Origin: Podarcis erhardii
Lineage: Eukaryota
Direction: 5' to 3' (one strand)
Assembly (NCBI GenBank): GCA_964252035.1
Contig: OZ176207.1
DNA length: 64,000 bases
Position 1 is the first letter of the stretch. Each line of letters starts with the position of its first letter. Shown one piece after another: positions 25,367-37,795 of this stretch. A program made the translations under genes and the position numbers. Below the pieces are notes generated by a model. It did no database searches, had not been told where the DNA came from, and saw only the letters and a program-made list of their open reading frames with translations.

Positions 25367-26621
25367 TATGTTTTTGGGGTTTTAGCCTGACAGGAAATGA
25401 ATGACTAAAAACCGAAACCTATTGTGGCGCTTGCAGTATAACAGATAATGATCAATTAAATTTAATTGAATAATGGATTTGTTCTGGGGTAATAGTAAAT
25501 AAACAGTGTGTAATACAATGATGTGGTACAATTACAGTTTAATATTATACAGGAAGAAGTCCAATTTATTTTTCTAAGGCTTTTAAAGGGCCTGCTACCT
25601 TCAACACAAGCAGAGCTTTCAACACAGCAAACATTTTACTTGCCTCTTCAGTGCTTGATGCTTGGTAGCTTATCAGACCTAAGCATACTTACTTGAAAGT
25701 AAGCAAACTCGAGGACGCTTACTACAATGCCAGCATGGAAGACAACAGAGGACAGTGCAATCTGTGGATGAACCTCCAATATCTGAGGCAGGCAACTCAT
25801 AGGCCACCAAACCCAGAGGAGCTTCCCCACCTTCCTTTTGCTGCTCAGCTGCTCAGCCATAAGTTGGAAAGGAGGGCAGTATTTCATGTGCAGTTGGAGG
25901 GGGTTTTAACCTCATCCCTGCAGTGCTCCCAATCCTGTAAAGATTGATGTCCTTGTACTGCTTAGAAAACCCCCAGGAGAACAATCTCCTGCATTTTGAT
26001 GAGCAGATGGACACACAGGGATGGTCTCCATTCAAGGGAAGGGAGAAAATTTTAATGGGGAGAGGGGGAGAGAGAGCGATGCGAGGGAAGAGTTTTCCCT
26101 GCATATTTATCTCCTCATTAAAAATGTGTCACTAGCCCACCAAACAGCTGTTGGTCAGGCAGGCTCTCTCAGTTTTAATGTGGCTGACTCTGGCCACATA
26201 CTGGCTTGTGGTCTGATCCAGGCTGCTGAGGAGTTCCCCCCACATGTTGCTGCACTGGAAGAAAGAGGTGAATTATGTCAATTTCCCCTTCCGGCACCAT
26301 GCCTTCTGAAAAACTGCTCCACAATGTTATGGGATCCTCTGTAGCGGTGAAGGTTACTGAGTATGTGTGCAGAGGAAATTGGTGAGAATTGCTTCCCACC
26401 TTCCTTCAGTGGGAATCTCTGCTGGATCCTATTGTGGTCAGGGAAAAGCTTATCTAGATCCATCCCATTTTGTTCTTTTATGCTGACCTTGTGCTTTTGC
26501 AGTGAATATTTTGCATCTATGCAAGCAGACGTTCCAAAAAGCCATCTTGACCTTAGTATTTATTCCCAAAGCTGCTTGGCTGGTGATTTCCTACTTAGGA
26601 GTGTGTTTCTTTCATTTAAAG

Positions 26622-26779
26622 AGCTGTTTCTGCTCTGGAGCACAGCAAGGCCAAAGTGCAAGCTTTGTTGCAGGGAAAACACTTCAGCGTGGCATTTCAT
26701 GGGATTGGCCAGTTTAACAACCAAGTGATCTATATTAAAATGTCAGAGGATGAACAGCAAATGCTAAGCAGAATTGTGG
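26622..26779 (+). pseudogene. AKAP7-like exon (AVSALEHSKAKVQALLQGKHFSVAFHGIGQFNNQVIYIKMSEDEQQMLSRIV), still open
   Basis: Acceptor ttctttcatttaaAG and donor G|GTTAGT; 158 nt. Matches AKAP7 [26 protein letters not shown]. Confidence 0.88.
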
Positions 26780-27054
26780 GTTAGTATTTAAGCATTCACA
26801 ATTTGCATGAGAGAGATTACTATTTCAGTGAAACACTGAAATAGCATATCAACATTGAATACAATTATGGATGTTGATTACTTGAGTGTAAAAAGTAGAT
26901 TTCTCCTGCTTCGTTAAATTTCTGTTAACATATATTAAAATAGATCCTGCTTTTCTTGGGCATCGAAGTCTCTCCACTGTTGCCATTGTGTTTCAAATTC
27001 CCTCAGAACACTGTAAGCAAGTGTAAACTGATACACAAAACTTCACATATCTGC

Positions 27055-27600
27055 TAAAGGGGTGCGTAACTGACCAGGAATAGACCTTGGGGTTCTAGTG
27101 GACAACTCAGTGAAGATGTCAAGCCAGTGCGTGGCAGCCACTAAAAAAGGTGAATTCCATGATCATTAGGAAAGGGATTGAAATGCTGATCCATTAAATC
27201 TACTGCAATGCACTGCACTGCATGTGGGACTTCCCTTGAGCTTAACTTGAAGCTGCAGGTGGTGCAGAATGCTGCATCTAGGTTGGTGATTCCTCAGCAG
27301 TGGTGTTTTATGCTGTCCGTGGGACACCCCATGGACACCACAGAACACCTCTGCTGGAGAAACTGCACCAGCTGCCAATATGCTACCAAGTGCAGTTCAA
27401 GCTCTTGCTTTTAGCAGTAAAGCCCTAAACAACTTGGGACCAGGATACTGTCTTGCCCAGTATACCCCTGCCTGGCAATTGTACTTCTCATTTGGGGTAC
27501 TACTAGGAGTACCAGATACCCCCAGAGGTGCACTTAACCTATACTAAAAACCAGGCTTTTGGTGTTGCCATTCCAGCTCTCTGGAATGGATGACCAGCTG
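27055..27600 (+). mobile_element. Adjacent CR1 RT fragment (about 27055-27185) and L2 3' fragment (about 27200-27600)
   Basis: GACCTTGGGGTTCTAGTGGAC...CCAGTGCGTGGCAGC is the CR1 DLGVLVD..QCAAA motif; LKLQVVQNAASRL is an L2 RT motif. Confidence 0.6.
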
Positions 27601-27901
27601 AAGGTAACAGTTCTTGACTTGTATTCTGTACAGCCTGTAGATATGGCTGATCTTACGGTGCTGTTCAGGTATTATTCATACTAGCTCTTCACATTTTGCC
27701 TCAATAATTGCTTTAAAATAAAGGTTCCCATGTTTGCCAAGTAAGATTGCCATGGTATGTAAATAGATGAAGAAACTGTACACCATTGGAGCATATGGTG
27801 TGTTTAGTCTGCCTCCCTGTTTTGCTTAGAACTGCTGTGGAGTGCCTGTATCTGAATGTCCTGTAAACAAATGTCTTTTATTTTCATCACTTGTCTCCTA
27901 G

Positions 27902-28014
27902 AAGCTGTGGCGAACTCATTCACCAGAATGAATGTAGGCATCAGAGGCAGCAAAGATTTCAGACCCCACCTGACGATTCTGAAACTGTCCAAATCACACA
28001 CATTGAGACGCATG
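27902..28014 (+). pseudogene. AKAP7-like exon carrying the second HxT motif (PHLT, 27964-27975); donor mutated
   Basis: Acceptor ttgtctcctAG; 113 nt. The expected donor position 28015 reads ATAATT instead of GTAATT. Confidence 0.85.
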
Positions 28015-28179
28015 ATAATTAAGCAGATGGAATTATCTCCTTTTTGTGCTTTGTTTCTTTGCTCCTTTAGAACATTGAAAAATGTTATAGATCACCATGT
28101 TGCATGCAAAACAATGATATATCAAATTGTTAGGAGATTTTATCTTATTCTGGGCATCGTGAACTTCTCTCACATGACT

Positions 28180-28750
28180 TGACTTGACCTCCACCCACAA
28201 AACAGCATCGCTCCAGTCAAAGGTAAACAGAAAATTAAGACCCAGAAGCCTGGGAGAACAAAAATGTTTTTGCCTGGAGCCTAAAAGCAGATAGTGATGG
28301 TGCCAGATGTTCCTCCCTGGGGAGAGCATTCCATAAATGGGGAGCCCCTCTGGGGAGGCCTGTTCTCCTGTTGCCACCCTCCACCCTCCCCTTGGAGGAG
28401 GCCTGGAGGTCCTCATATGATGAAGGAAGGGTCTGGGTTGGTTCATGTGTGGCGGGGTATTCTTTGAGGTACTGGGGTCCAAGCTGTACAAGGCTTTATA
28501 GGTCAGAGCCAACACTTTGAATTGGGGCCAGGAGCTAATTGGAGCCAATGCAGTCATGCAAGAATTAGTGTGATTATTCAGACCATCTTGCCCTGGTCAG
28601 CAACTTGGCTGCTGAATTCTGCACCAGCTGCAGATTCTGAGGCACTCCTCAAAAGCAGTCCCACATATAACACATTGCAGTAATCTGACCTAGAGGTTAC
28701 CAGAGCCTAGATAACAGAAGTTAGACTATCCCTGTCCAGGTAGAGGCCTT
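28180..28750 (-). mobile_element. L2 LINE 3' fragment
   Basis: Minus-strand peptide QFKVLALTYKALYSLDP matches the L2 ORF2 C-terminus. Confidence 0.7.
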
Positions 28751-28829
28751 GAAAGACCTAAAGTGGCTCCCAGTATGTTTCTGAGCACAATTCAAAGTGT
28801 TGGTGCTGACCTGGAAAGCCCTAAATAGC

Positions 28830-29165
28830 CTCAGCCCAGTATACCTGAAGGAGCGTCTCCACCCCCATTGTTCAACTCAGACACTGAGTCCAGTGCCGAG
28901 GGCCTTTTGGTGGTTCCCTCACTGCAAGCAGTGAAGTTACAGGGAACCAGGCAGAGGGCCTTTTTGGTAGTGGCACCCGCCCTGTGGAACACCCTCCCAC
29001 CAGATGTTAAAGAAATAGACAACTATCTGATGTTTAGAAGACATCTGAAGGCAGCCCTGTTTAGGGATGTTTTTAATGACTGATGTTTTAATGTATTTTT
29101 AATCTTATGTTGGAAGCCGCCCAGAGTGGCTGGGGTATAAAATTATTAATTAATTAATTAATTAC
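28830..29165 (+). mobile_element. L2 LINE 3' end
   Basis: RAFLVVAPALWNTLPPDVKE..FRRHLKAALF peptide, AAGCCGCCCAGAG 3' motif and a (TTAA)n tail. Confidence 0.75.
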
Positions 29166-30932
29166 TGGGTGACCAGCCAAAACTGATGGAAGGCACTTCA
29201 TGCCCCTGAAGCCACTTGAGCCTCAAGCAACAATAATGGATCCAAAAGTACATCTAAGCTACACACCTGCACCTTCAGAGGAAGTGTAGCCCCATCTAGG
29301 GCATCTGCTACCTCAGCAAACATCATGCTACTCTGCCTGCTAGATAACCAACACCTCCACACATCCTCTCTTGGCTGATTTAATTTAACACTAGCAGAGG
29401 TATCTCTTGAGCTACAATGATCCCGGATGTTGCACTTCTAACATATATAACACCAACTGAGCATGCCATTTTAAAAATCAATATTTTTGACTTGCACGAA
29501 AGCACTTCTTCATGTAATTGCTACTACATCAATGTCTGCATTTAAAAGTAAAAATAAACAAAAGGTGTGTTAACCCTTTTTTTATATATAAAATTTGAAC
29601 ATCCATGTTGCTAATGTGGCACTAACTAAAAAGTAATAGCCACAGTGTGTGGAAGTTTGTAAGCCGCTTTGAGATTCATTTGAATGAAAAGTGGTATAGA
29701 CATACAATAAATCTAAATCAAACCAAGGTGAAGAGTTAGGCTGCTCGGAATGTCACTGCCATGTCAAAACCATGCCTCTTTGAAAAAAGATAGAAGAAGT
29801 GGTGCTGAGACAATTTATGCCTACTGACACTGCAGAACAACAATTTGATGCAGACAGAATCATGTAGAGTGAACACAGAATCACAAATGCAGAGAGTAAA
29901 CTCCTAGCATGGAAGTACCCCAGCAGGATATGACTCTTCCATGTCCCCACCTGCTTCTCAGGCAAAGTGGAGTGAGAGTGAGAAATAGGGTATTATCTCT
30001 AGTCAAGAAAAGAACTTTATATAGGCCATAGGGTAACCATTTCATGTATGTATAAACTGCAGCCTGCAAACTATTTACTCCATAGTAAATCAGTAGGATT
30101 ACTTGAGAATAAAGTGATTTGAGATTCAAAACTGCAGTTTTGCCTTTACTGCCTTTGCTTATATCAGTGGCATGGAAATGCAGCCCTGAGCTGTTTCCAC
30201 CAAAGGAGCAAAAGAGGTTCTGGGGAATGTTCAGCTGACTGCAGGATTTATGTCAGGTAGCATTCAAGGCTTCTGGGACTTTGCAGTATAAATACATGAT
30301 ATGCTGATCTAACCTTTAACTGCAGCAGGATATAGGATTTGGTTGGGTTTTATTGCTTTACAATTAAAGTAAAAATGTGGCTCTGATTAGATTAAGTTTT
30401 CCCTGCTCAAATGCTGTCTTCCTTGTTTCCTGGAATAGCTGTGTGTTTTTATGAGGTCAATATAATAAGCAGAAGGAAACAATAATGATACACTCTCAGG
30501 ACGTGAAGCGAATGCTTTAATAGTGGAAGAAAGCGTTCCCTGACCATGAGCTTCTGCCTGGCAGGTATGAAGTATTTCTTCAGATATTTGATGTCTCTCA
30601 TTCAGCTTGGAAATAGCAGAGCTTATTTATAAAGATATTTACTCTAAGGCTGAGGGTGACAATATTTCTGTTGTCTAGGGAGAAATGCAGGAGGATAGGA
30701 ATGAGTGATGTTGAGCTAATGGTGTATTTTGTTTTGTTTTGTCTTGTAAATCTCCATTAAGTAGATAATGTTGGGCACACAGCTGAAATGCACTCAGTAG
30801 CAAGGCTGATGGGAAGATAATAAATGCAAACGATACAAAGTGTTCCTCCATTGGAAGAATGACTCTGCAAAAATGTGTTTCTGAACAAAACACTCTCCTG
30901 TAAAAGGTAGACCTTATTTCTAGGACCTTTAA

Positions 30933-31287
30933 AGGTAAAGGTAAAGGGACCCCTGACCATTAGGTCCAGTCGTGACCGACTCTGGGGTTGCGGCGCTCAT
31001 CTCGCTTTATTGGCCGAGGGAGCTGGCGTACAGCTTCTGGGTCATGTAGCCAGCATGACTAAGCCGCTTCTGGTGAACCAGAGCAGCACACGGAAACACC
31101 ATTTACCTTCCCGCTGGAGCGGTACCTATTTATCTAGTTGCACTTTGATGTGCTTTCGAACTGCTAGGTTGGCAGGAGCTGAGACCAAGCAACGGGAGCT
31201 CACCCCATCGCGGGGATTCGAACCACTTACCTTCTGATCGGCAAGTTCTAGGCTCTGTGGTTTAACCCACAGCGTCACCTGCGTCCC
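30933..31287 (-). mobile_element. Sauria SINE, full length
   Basis: Reverse complement of the 3750-4101 family; 14-bp TSD TCTAGGAC(C/T)TTTAA at 30919-30932 and 31292-31305. Confidence 0.92.
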
Positions 31288-32739
31288 ATTCTCTAGGACT
31301 TTTAATGATGCCTTATTCTTTTTCCAACTTGTTCCCTCAATGTTGTGATCAAGCAGAGGCTGGGCCAAATGTTAATCCACTGCCCTGACAGCCTCTCAAA
31401 CCTCATCCACTCTGTATCTCAGGGTGGGCCATGCCTGGCTTCCGTCCTCCCCCTTTGATGAAGATAATTTCCTCGGATTCCCCTCCTAGTGTTGATATAG
31501 TAGCACTGGGGGCTATTGCAGCACCCCCGCATCAAATCAGTAGCATAAGCCATTTGCTTGCACTTTGCTGGGATCCATCCCTCATTCCTATACTTTGCCT
31601 CAGTCTATGTGTTTGAGCTCTTAGCTCCATTTCTCTGGGATACAACAAAAATGTCACAGTCTTTGTCTTAGGGTTGCACACAGACACCCTATACAAATGG
31701 GCCTGTCTCCATCTCAGCCACATGGGGGGGGGGGAGATGCAGTTAGCATGAACCTTGCTACAGAAGTGGTTATGGGGGCAGTGCAAGCAAGTCATTCCTC
31801 CTGTGCAGGTTTCCCAGTCTAAATCCTCTTCCCCAAAGCTGCTATTTGCCCAGGAGGGAGAAAACACGGTTGCAAACAACAGCTTTGGAGCTTGAGCTAT
31901 TTAAATAAACCATGTGGGAAGAAATAGCTGGACCCTCTTTCCTACGCCACTTCCTCAATCAAATGAGAAGCTCAGAGTGTTTTGTGCTTTGAAAAAAGGG
32001 ACATAAATATGTCATTCTAAGTGCTGAGCAACCTCATCACATAAATCTCAGCCCTCTATGGAATTGGAATTGTTCAAATTCTGATTCAGGACTCTCTTAT
32101 CTAATATAATGAAACACATGTCTTTGTTTGTCTGCCCTTGATTCCCTTATCCTGCCTTTATTCAGGAGGAGTCCTGCTGAGCTTAATAGACACAACATTA
32201 AGAAGTGATAATGGCCACCTTAGATATTGTAATTTTTGATGTGAAAAAATGAGTTAGAACCATGTGTCGATTTTTGCACTTCTTTCTGCTACATACAAAA
32301 ATGTTGGGAAGTGCATTTGTCCACAGTCCTTGCACAGGTGTATTGCATGTTTACTCGGGGAAAAAAAGGAAATCCTAATGATCTGTGTTTTTCCTATACA
32401 TTTTCTTACATAGAAATGCGCACTCTCTCTCTCTTTTTAAAAATAGTTGCAAGTTTTGGAGCTACATTCAGGGTTGGTGCTATCATTAGACCGACGAGGA
32501 AGCCGTCTAGGGTGCAGACTTCAAAGGGGTGCAATACTGACCTTTGAGGGGCACAATTTTATATGGATTAGTTCTGGTTATATAGTTTTGTGCTTTTGAA
32601 AATAGAAGCCAACAATTTGGGGCCTGCATGCAAGACGTTAGCCTGGCCTAGGTTGCAAAATAGCCACACCAGCACTGGCCACATTGTCAAAGCAACTTTG
32701 TTATATCAGTTGAAGTACTACTTAACCTACATTCTTAAG

Positions 32740-32915
32740 CAGTGCTTTCCCCCCCAAAAAAATTGTTTAGGGGTACTCTCATTTTGACTCAAGAAAATCA
32801 CCATTTTATAGTGCAAATCACGAAAATTAAATACAGTAAATGGACAAAAGTACAAAGATTCACAAAATGTTTAGGGGTATGCATACGCCTGCGTCCCCCC
32901 AGAAAAAAAGCACTG
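32740..32915. mobile_element. hAT-type MITE, family copy 2
   Basis: CAGTGCTTT...AAAAAAAGCACTG; TSD TTCTTAAG / TCCTTAGG; same body as 18711-18888 in the opposite orientation. Confidence 0.85.
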
Positions 32916-33249
32916 TCCTTAGGAGACCTATGCTCACCAGGGTTGAGAGACACTTTCTTCCTGTAGACTTTTTGCAGCACAATATTGATTCAGTTCATGT
33001 TCGACCAAAATGTTTGAAGTTAGGTGGTAGATGTGCTAGAGGATGTGTGGATCAGTTTGGCCAGATATGCTGTGGTGCTGCATCAAGCATCATTTTGAAG
33101 TAAATTCCCTGTTTTGATGGATGAAAAATGCACAGGAAAGGGGTACTAGAATGAAATATTTTGGTTCCTTTGCAAAGAAGCTGAATATGAGATAATAAAA
33201 GGGATATGCAGATGACTCTACAGACACAGCATTGTAGTAGCTATTCTGA

Positions 33250-33263
33250 TGCCATCTGCTGGC
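33250..33263 (-). promoter_or_regulatory. CTCF-like motif (GCCAGCAGATGGCA)
   Basis: Matches the CTCF core CCASYAGRKGGC; motif match only. Confidence 0.35.
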
Positions 33264-34013
33264 TGTACTTTCCCACCAGGTTGTACATTACATTTTCCCT
33301 GGTTATTTCTGAGCCTCACTTAAGTACTTGTTTAAATTCAGCAATTATACAGAAATGGTTGGATGTCTAGGGGTGATATCTGTGTTGTGGCATGATTAAC
33401 AAAATCAGTCCTCCTGGCAAACTGGGAATATCACCTCATTCAGCCAAGTTTAGGATATTCCACCATTCTTCAGCAGAGTTTCTTTTTCTTTGAGAAAAGC
33501 AAGTGGTTCACATAAACATAAACAAGTTTTAATAATAAACTGAGAGAAAACTGTAGCAAAATAACATGATGTCTGAGAGAAACTAAAACAGTACCCTGAG
33601 ACAAGTCTGAGGCAAGAAACAAGAAGAGGCAGTTGGTCCCTCTTAACTGACAGTTTTAACTGAACACACACTGAAGGGAGGGGCTGATTCTGGAGCAAAA
33701 TACACAAGCCCCGCCCACCAAATATCAAGCACTCTACTATTCAAATTAGACCCCAGTGTTTTTCTTACAATCTAATGGTATCATGATATCTGAACCTAAT
33801 GTCAGTTTAGTTGCACAATATTTTCCCTTCTTCCCCGCATCCCTGCGTAACCCCCCACCCCCCCAAAATCTGTTCCTGGTGGGTTCAAAGGACAACCCCT
33901 AGGAGCAGACTTGAGGAGCACATGAGAGTCTGCGGGGCGAGGGGGGAGGAAGAGGAAGATGTCCCATCACATCTGCTGGACATAGCTCTAGGATCTTCTC
34001 CCTTTGAAAAAGA

Positions 34014-34057
<44 letters not shown>
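34014..34057. repeat. (AAT)14 microsatellite
   Basis: Direct read. Confidence 0.95.
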
Positions 34058-34059
<2 letters not shown>

Positions 34060-34529
34060 TTATACACCACCCATCTGGCTGGTATTCCGTGGTAAGAGTA
34101 ATCAAGAAGTATAACAGTTAAAGGACTAAATTGTCATTGAAAAAAGATTAAGGACTCATTTGGCATCTAAAAAAAAGATTAGCATTTGATCCCCTCTAAA
34201 TTATGCACTTCTGCAAGCATTAACTGTGAGCTCTGTAAAAATGTGATCATGTAATTAAAGATTATAGAAGGCAGGCCAAGTGTGATATCAACGCCTTATT
34301 TAGACCCAATGAGCAATTGTGCACTAGAGGCTTGGCTGAATCTTTTTAGCATATGTACCAATTATGCTTAATAATTTGCCATTTTCTGTCTCTCTCACAC
34401 CCCTTTTAGCAATGTACACACTAAATAAATGGAATAAGCTGCATCAGGTAGACTTATCTAACAAAGTGATAGGGTTGCTGCTTATTCCAAATATGGGTTT
34501 TTAGTGCTACATGAAAACTGCTGAAATTA

Positions 34530-35516
34530 GAAGGAGGAGGAGGTGGAGGAGTTTGGATTTGATATCCTGCTTTATTTTATTTTATTTTTTTTTATAAAGT
34601 TTTTATTGGTTTTACAGAATACAGAAATACAAAGAGAAACAAACAAAGACAGAAAAAGAAAAAAGTAGATGTTTCAAATTTCCATATTCCCTTTATCTGG
34701 ACTTCCCCACATCTTCCAGACTCTGCATTATTTATAGTACAAACTTCAGCAATTTATTATCTTGTTTCATGACTTATTGTATCTTTCAATTTATCATGTT
34801 TCCAGATTCAAAATATTGTATTCCAATTCTTATATATCCTATTTAAAACACAATAAAACTTATTTCATTGTTCCACCTTTAGCTTTTTGTACCTTAGTTT
34901 TCATTTCATCTAATTACAATTGCTGGGGCTGGTGTTTCCTAAAAAATGCATTTTCTTAACATTCATACAACTTACAATGTTTTTGCAAATAGTCCTTGAA
35001 TTTTTTCCAGTCCTCTTTTATTACTTCTTCTCCCAAATCTCGGATTCTGCCAGTCATTTCAGCCAGTTCCATATAGTCCATCAACTGCGTCTGCCATTCC
35101 TCCAGTGTGGGTAAATCTTGTGTCTTCCAATACTTCGCAATGAGAATTCTTGCTGCTGTAGTAGCATACATAAAAAAAGTTCTGTCCTTCTTTAACACAC
35201 TCTGGTCTACAATGCCCAGAAGGAAGGCCTCCGGTTTCTTAGGTAAGGTATATCTGAATACCTTTTTTAACTCATTATCCTGCTTTATCACTACCCAAAG
35301 GAGTCTCAAAGCGGCTAACATTCTCCTTTCCCTTCCTCCCCCACAACAAACACTCTATGAGGTGAGTGGGGCTGAGAGACTTCAAAGAAGTGTGACTAGC
35401 CCAGACTTCAGAGAAGTGTGATTAGCCCAGCAGCTGCATGTAGAAGAGTGGAGACACGAATCCTGTTCACCAGATTACGAGTCTACCGCTCTTAACCACT
35501 ACACCACACTGGCTCT
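34530..35516 (-). mobile_element. tRNA-head SINE with CORE-like body and L2-like tail (Squam3-like), split by an L1 insertion
   Basis: Head AGAGCCAGTGTGGTGTAGTGGTTAAGAGC, tail AGCCGCTTTGAGACTCC...(CCT)n; the two halves rejoin across the L1 TSD. Confidence 0.75.
34576..35275 (-). mobile_element. 5'-truncated L1 (ORF2 C-terminus, 3' UTR, A-rich tail)
   Basis: Peptide ELKKVFRYTLPKKPEAFLLG...WKKFKDYLQKHCKLYEC is nearly identical to the 42170 ORF; 13-bp TSD TATCCTGCTTTAT (34563-34575, 35276-35288). Confidence 0.92.
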
Positions 35517-35882
35517 AATTAATTAGAATGATAGTCCATGTTGTCTGATAACCTGTTCCCATGGGGCATTTCTGACCAGAGTAGGGATCCCAATACTGTA
35601 TCTATATTTAGGAAGTGGACCGTACAAGGAGAAACTGAAGCAGCTCTCACTATGTCACAAAATACCCATGTCATCGTCCATCTTAAAATCTTGGATTTTG
35701 CCATTGATTTCTATGGGCAGTGTGAGCTTTCTCTCTTTCTCATATCCCTGGTGAAAATTTAAAAAATAGCTGTGACAGTATGAACCAGGAAGTGACCTTT
35801 CGAGACACAAGATGGTTCTTTCTACCCTTTATATATGCCTGTGTTTTTCTTTGTTTCAGCCACTCCATTCTATTCTTCCTCC

Positions 35883-36053
35883 CAGTGCTTTTTTTCCCCT
35901 TAAAAAAAAAGTTTAGGGGTACTCTCATTTTGACTCAAGAAAACCATTTTATAGTTCAAATCAGGAAAAATAAATACAGTAAATGGACAAAAGTACAAAG
36001 TTTCACAAAATGCTTAGGGGTACCCCTGTGTCCCCCCAGGAAAAAAAGCACTG
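35883..36053. mobile_element. hAT-type MITE, family copy 3
   Basis: Same TIRs and body as copies 1 and 2; TSD degenerate. Confidence 0.8.
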
Positions 36054-37202
36054 CTCCCACTCATCCAGTTTTCAGCCCCCCTCCCCTTTTCTGTCACTCA
36101 ACATTCATTGCCATGAGGTTATTATGGGGCTGAATCTTGTTTGTATTACATTTTATTACTTGTAAAACTTTTTACAGATGTGCCTGCCCCTTTCTCTCTC
36201 CAAATTCTATATCTCCCTGTACAGCTGTAGTAGCAGTTGAAATATTTTCATGGGAAGTTTGTTGCAGGGACATGTATTTATGCTACAGTGAAGGAATCCA
36301 TAACCCTTAAGCCCTATTGGAATTGGTTGGTATTCAGTGTGTGTCATCTCATCCTTGTTGCAGGATGGGTTGGAAGCTTTTGCAAATTCAAAGTACAATT
36401 ACCATACTCATATCATATGAAGTTCTCTAGACCTTGTTGTATTTGAGCCCATAATTAAAGAACTTGACTAGAGAACAGAAGCGTGAGAGGTGAGAAGTTA
36501 TTATGCTTTTACAATTAGAAAATGACAAAGATCACTGAACAGGAAGTCTAGACTGCAGTGACTCAATGAGAGTGTTTTTTGCATTAATATGTGGCAGAAG
36601 AGGATATTTATTAAGAGGTGTTTTACTTTGACATTTCATTTTGCACATTGTGGCTGCTGTAATATCCATCTTCCAAATTTATTCTTGGTGTTAATCAGTC
36701 ATCCAAAAGACGTAATTCTCTCTCCCCCCCCCCCACTCCAAAGAATGAGACACCTTCTACAGTACACTCCTGAGTCGTTGGTTCACTTTAATATATGTTC
36801 TTCCTGAATAAAGAGGACCATTGCGTAGTGCAAACAGCAAGATAGGATAGTGTTATTTAATGTGGAAGAATGCAGTTGTGAAACAAATGAAACTGAACAA
36901 TTGGGGGAGTGGGGGGAGCTCTGAGGGGAAAAGATCCTGCTGAAAGTGATCCAAGAATATTGTTGAAAAGTTTTGCAACATAGTTAAACAAAATTGCTAA
37001 AAAGTTTATAGAGGTAGAATAATGCATTGAGGGTTTTGCACCTGAGAAAGATAAAATAAGTTGTGGATTTTCCTTGGATGACAGTTATGTACGTACCTGT
37101 TGATTTTTCAATCTCAAATCTAGTTTGTTGATTTTAGGAAAGTCATAAGGTGTTGGGGTTCTACCAAGCTGTAGCTAGTAAAACTAGGGTCCAAACAATG
37201 GC

Positions 37203-37206
<4 letters not shown>

Positions 37207-37238
<32 letters not shown>
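37207..37238. repeat. (TG)16 microsatellite
   Basis: Direct read. Confidence 0.95.
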
Positions 37239-37241
<3 letters not shown>

Positions 37242-37274
37242 TCTTACTCAAAGGCATTGCATACAAAAGCAGTA

Positions 37275-37500
37275 CAGTGGTACCTCGGGTTACATACGCT
37301 TCAGGTTACAGACTCTGCTAACCCAGAAATAGTGCTTCAGGTTAAGAACTTTGCTTCAGGATGAGAACAGAAATTGTGCTCCGGTGGCACGGCAGCAGCA
37401 AGAGGCCCCATTAGCTAAAGTGGTGCTTTAGGTTAAGAACAGTTTCAGGTTAAGAACAGACCTCCGGAATGAATTAAGTACTTAACCCGAGGTACCACTG
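37275..37500. mobile_element. Tc1/mariner (Tigger-like) MITE, 226 bp
   Basis: Perfect 18-bp TIRs CAGTGGTACCTCGGGTTA / TAACCCGAGGTACCACTG with a TA TSD on both sides. Confidence 0.92.
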
Positions 37501-37795
37501 TATAAATGTTATCAAATCATCCTTTTCATGCCCACAGTATCAAATGTCTGGACAGAAAAAGCAAGTCATTCCTGGAAAGTGAAATGACACAACACACAAA
37601 GTAAAAAATATTGATAGCAAAAATATTGAGATTCTGTTAGCTACTTATTTGCACTATAAGAATGATCAAACACCACATTTAAAGCATTGTAGTCTTTGGG
37701 CAGCTGATTAAAAAAAACCAAAATCTGTTTCTTAAAAAAAAAAAAGGTTTCAAAAACACAGTGTGTAATACACAATGTATTTTCCAATGTTTTAG

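Noticed and set aside
33811-34105. ORFs with poly-Ile or poly-Leu
   Set aside because: Translation of the (AAT)14 microsatellite.
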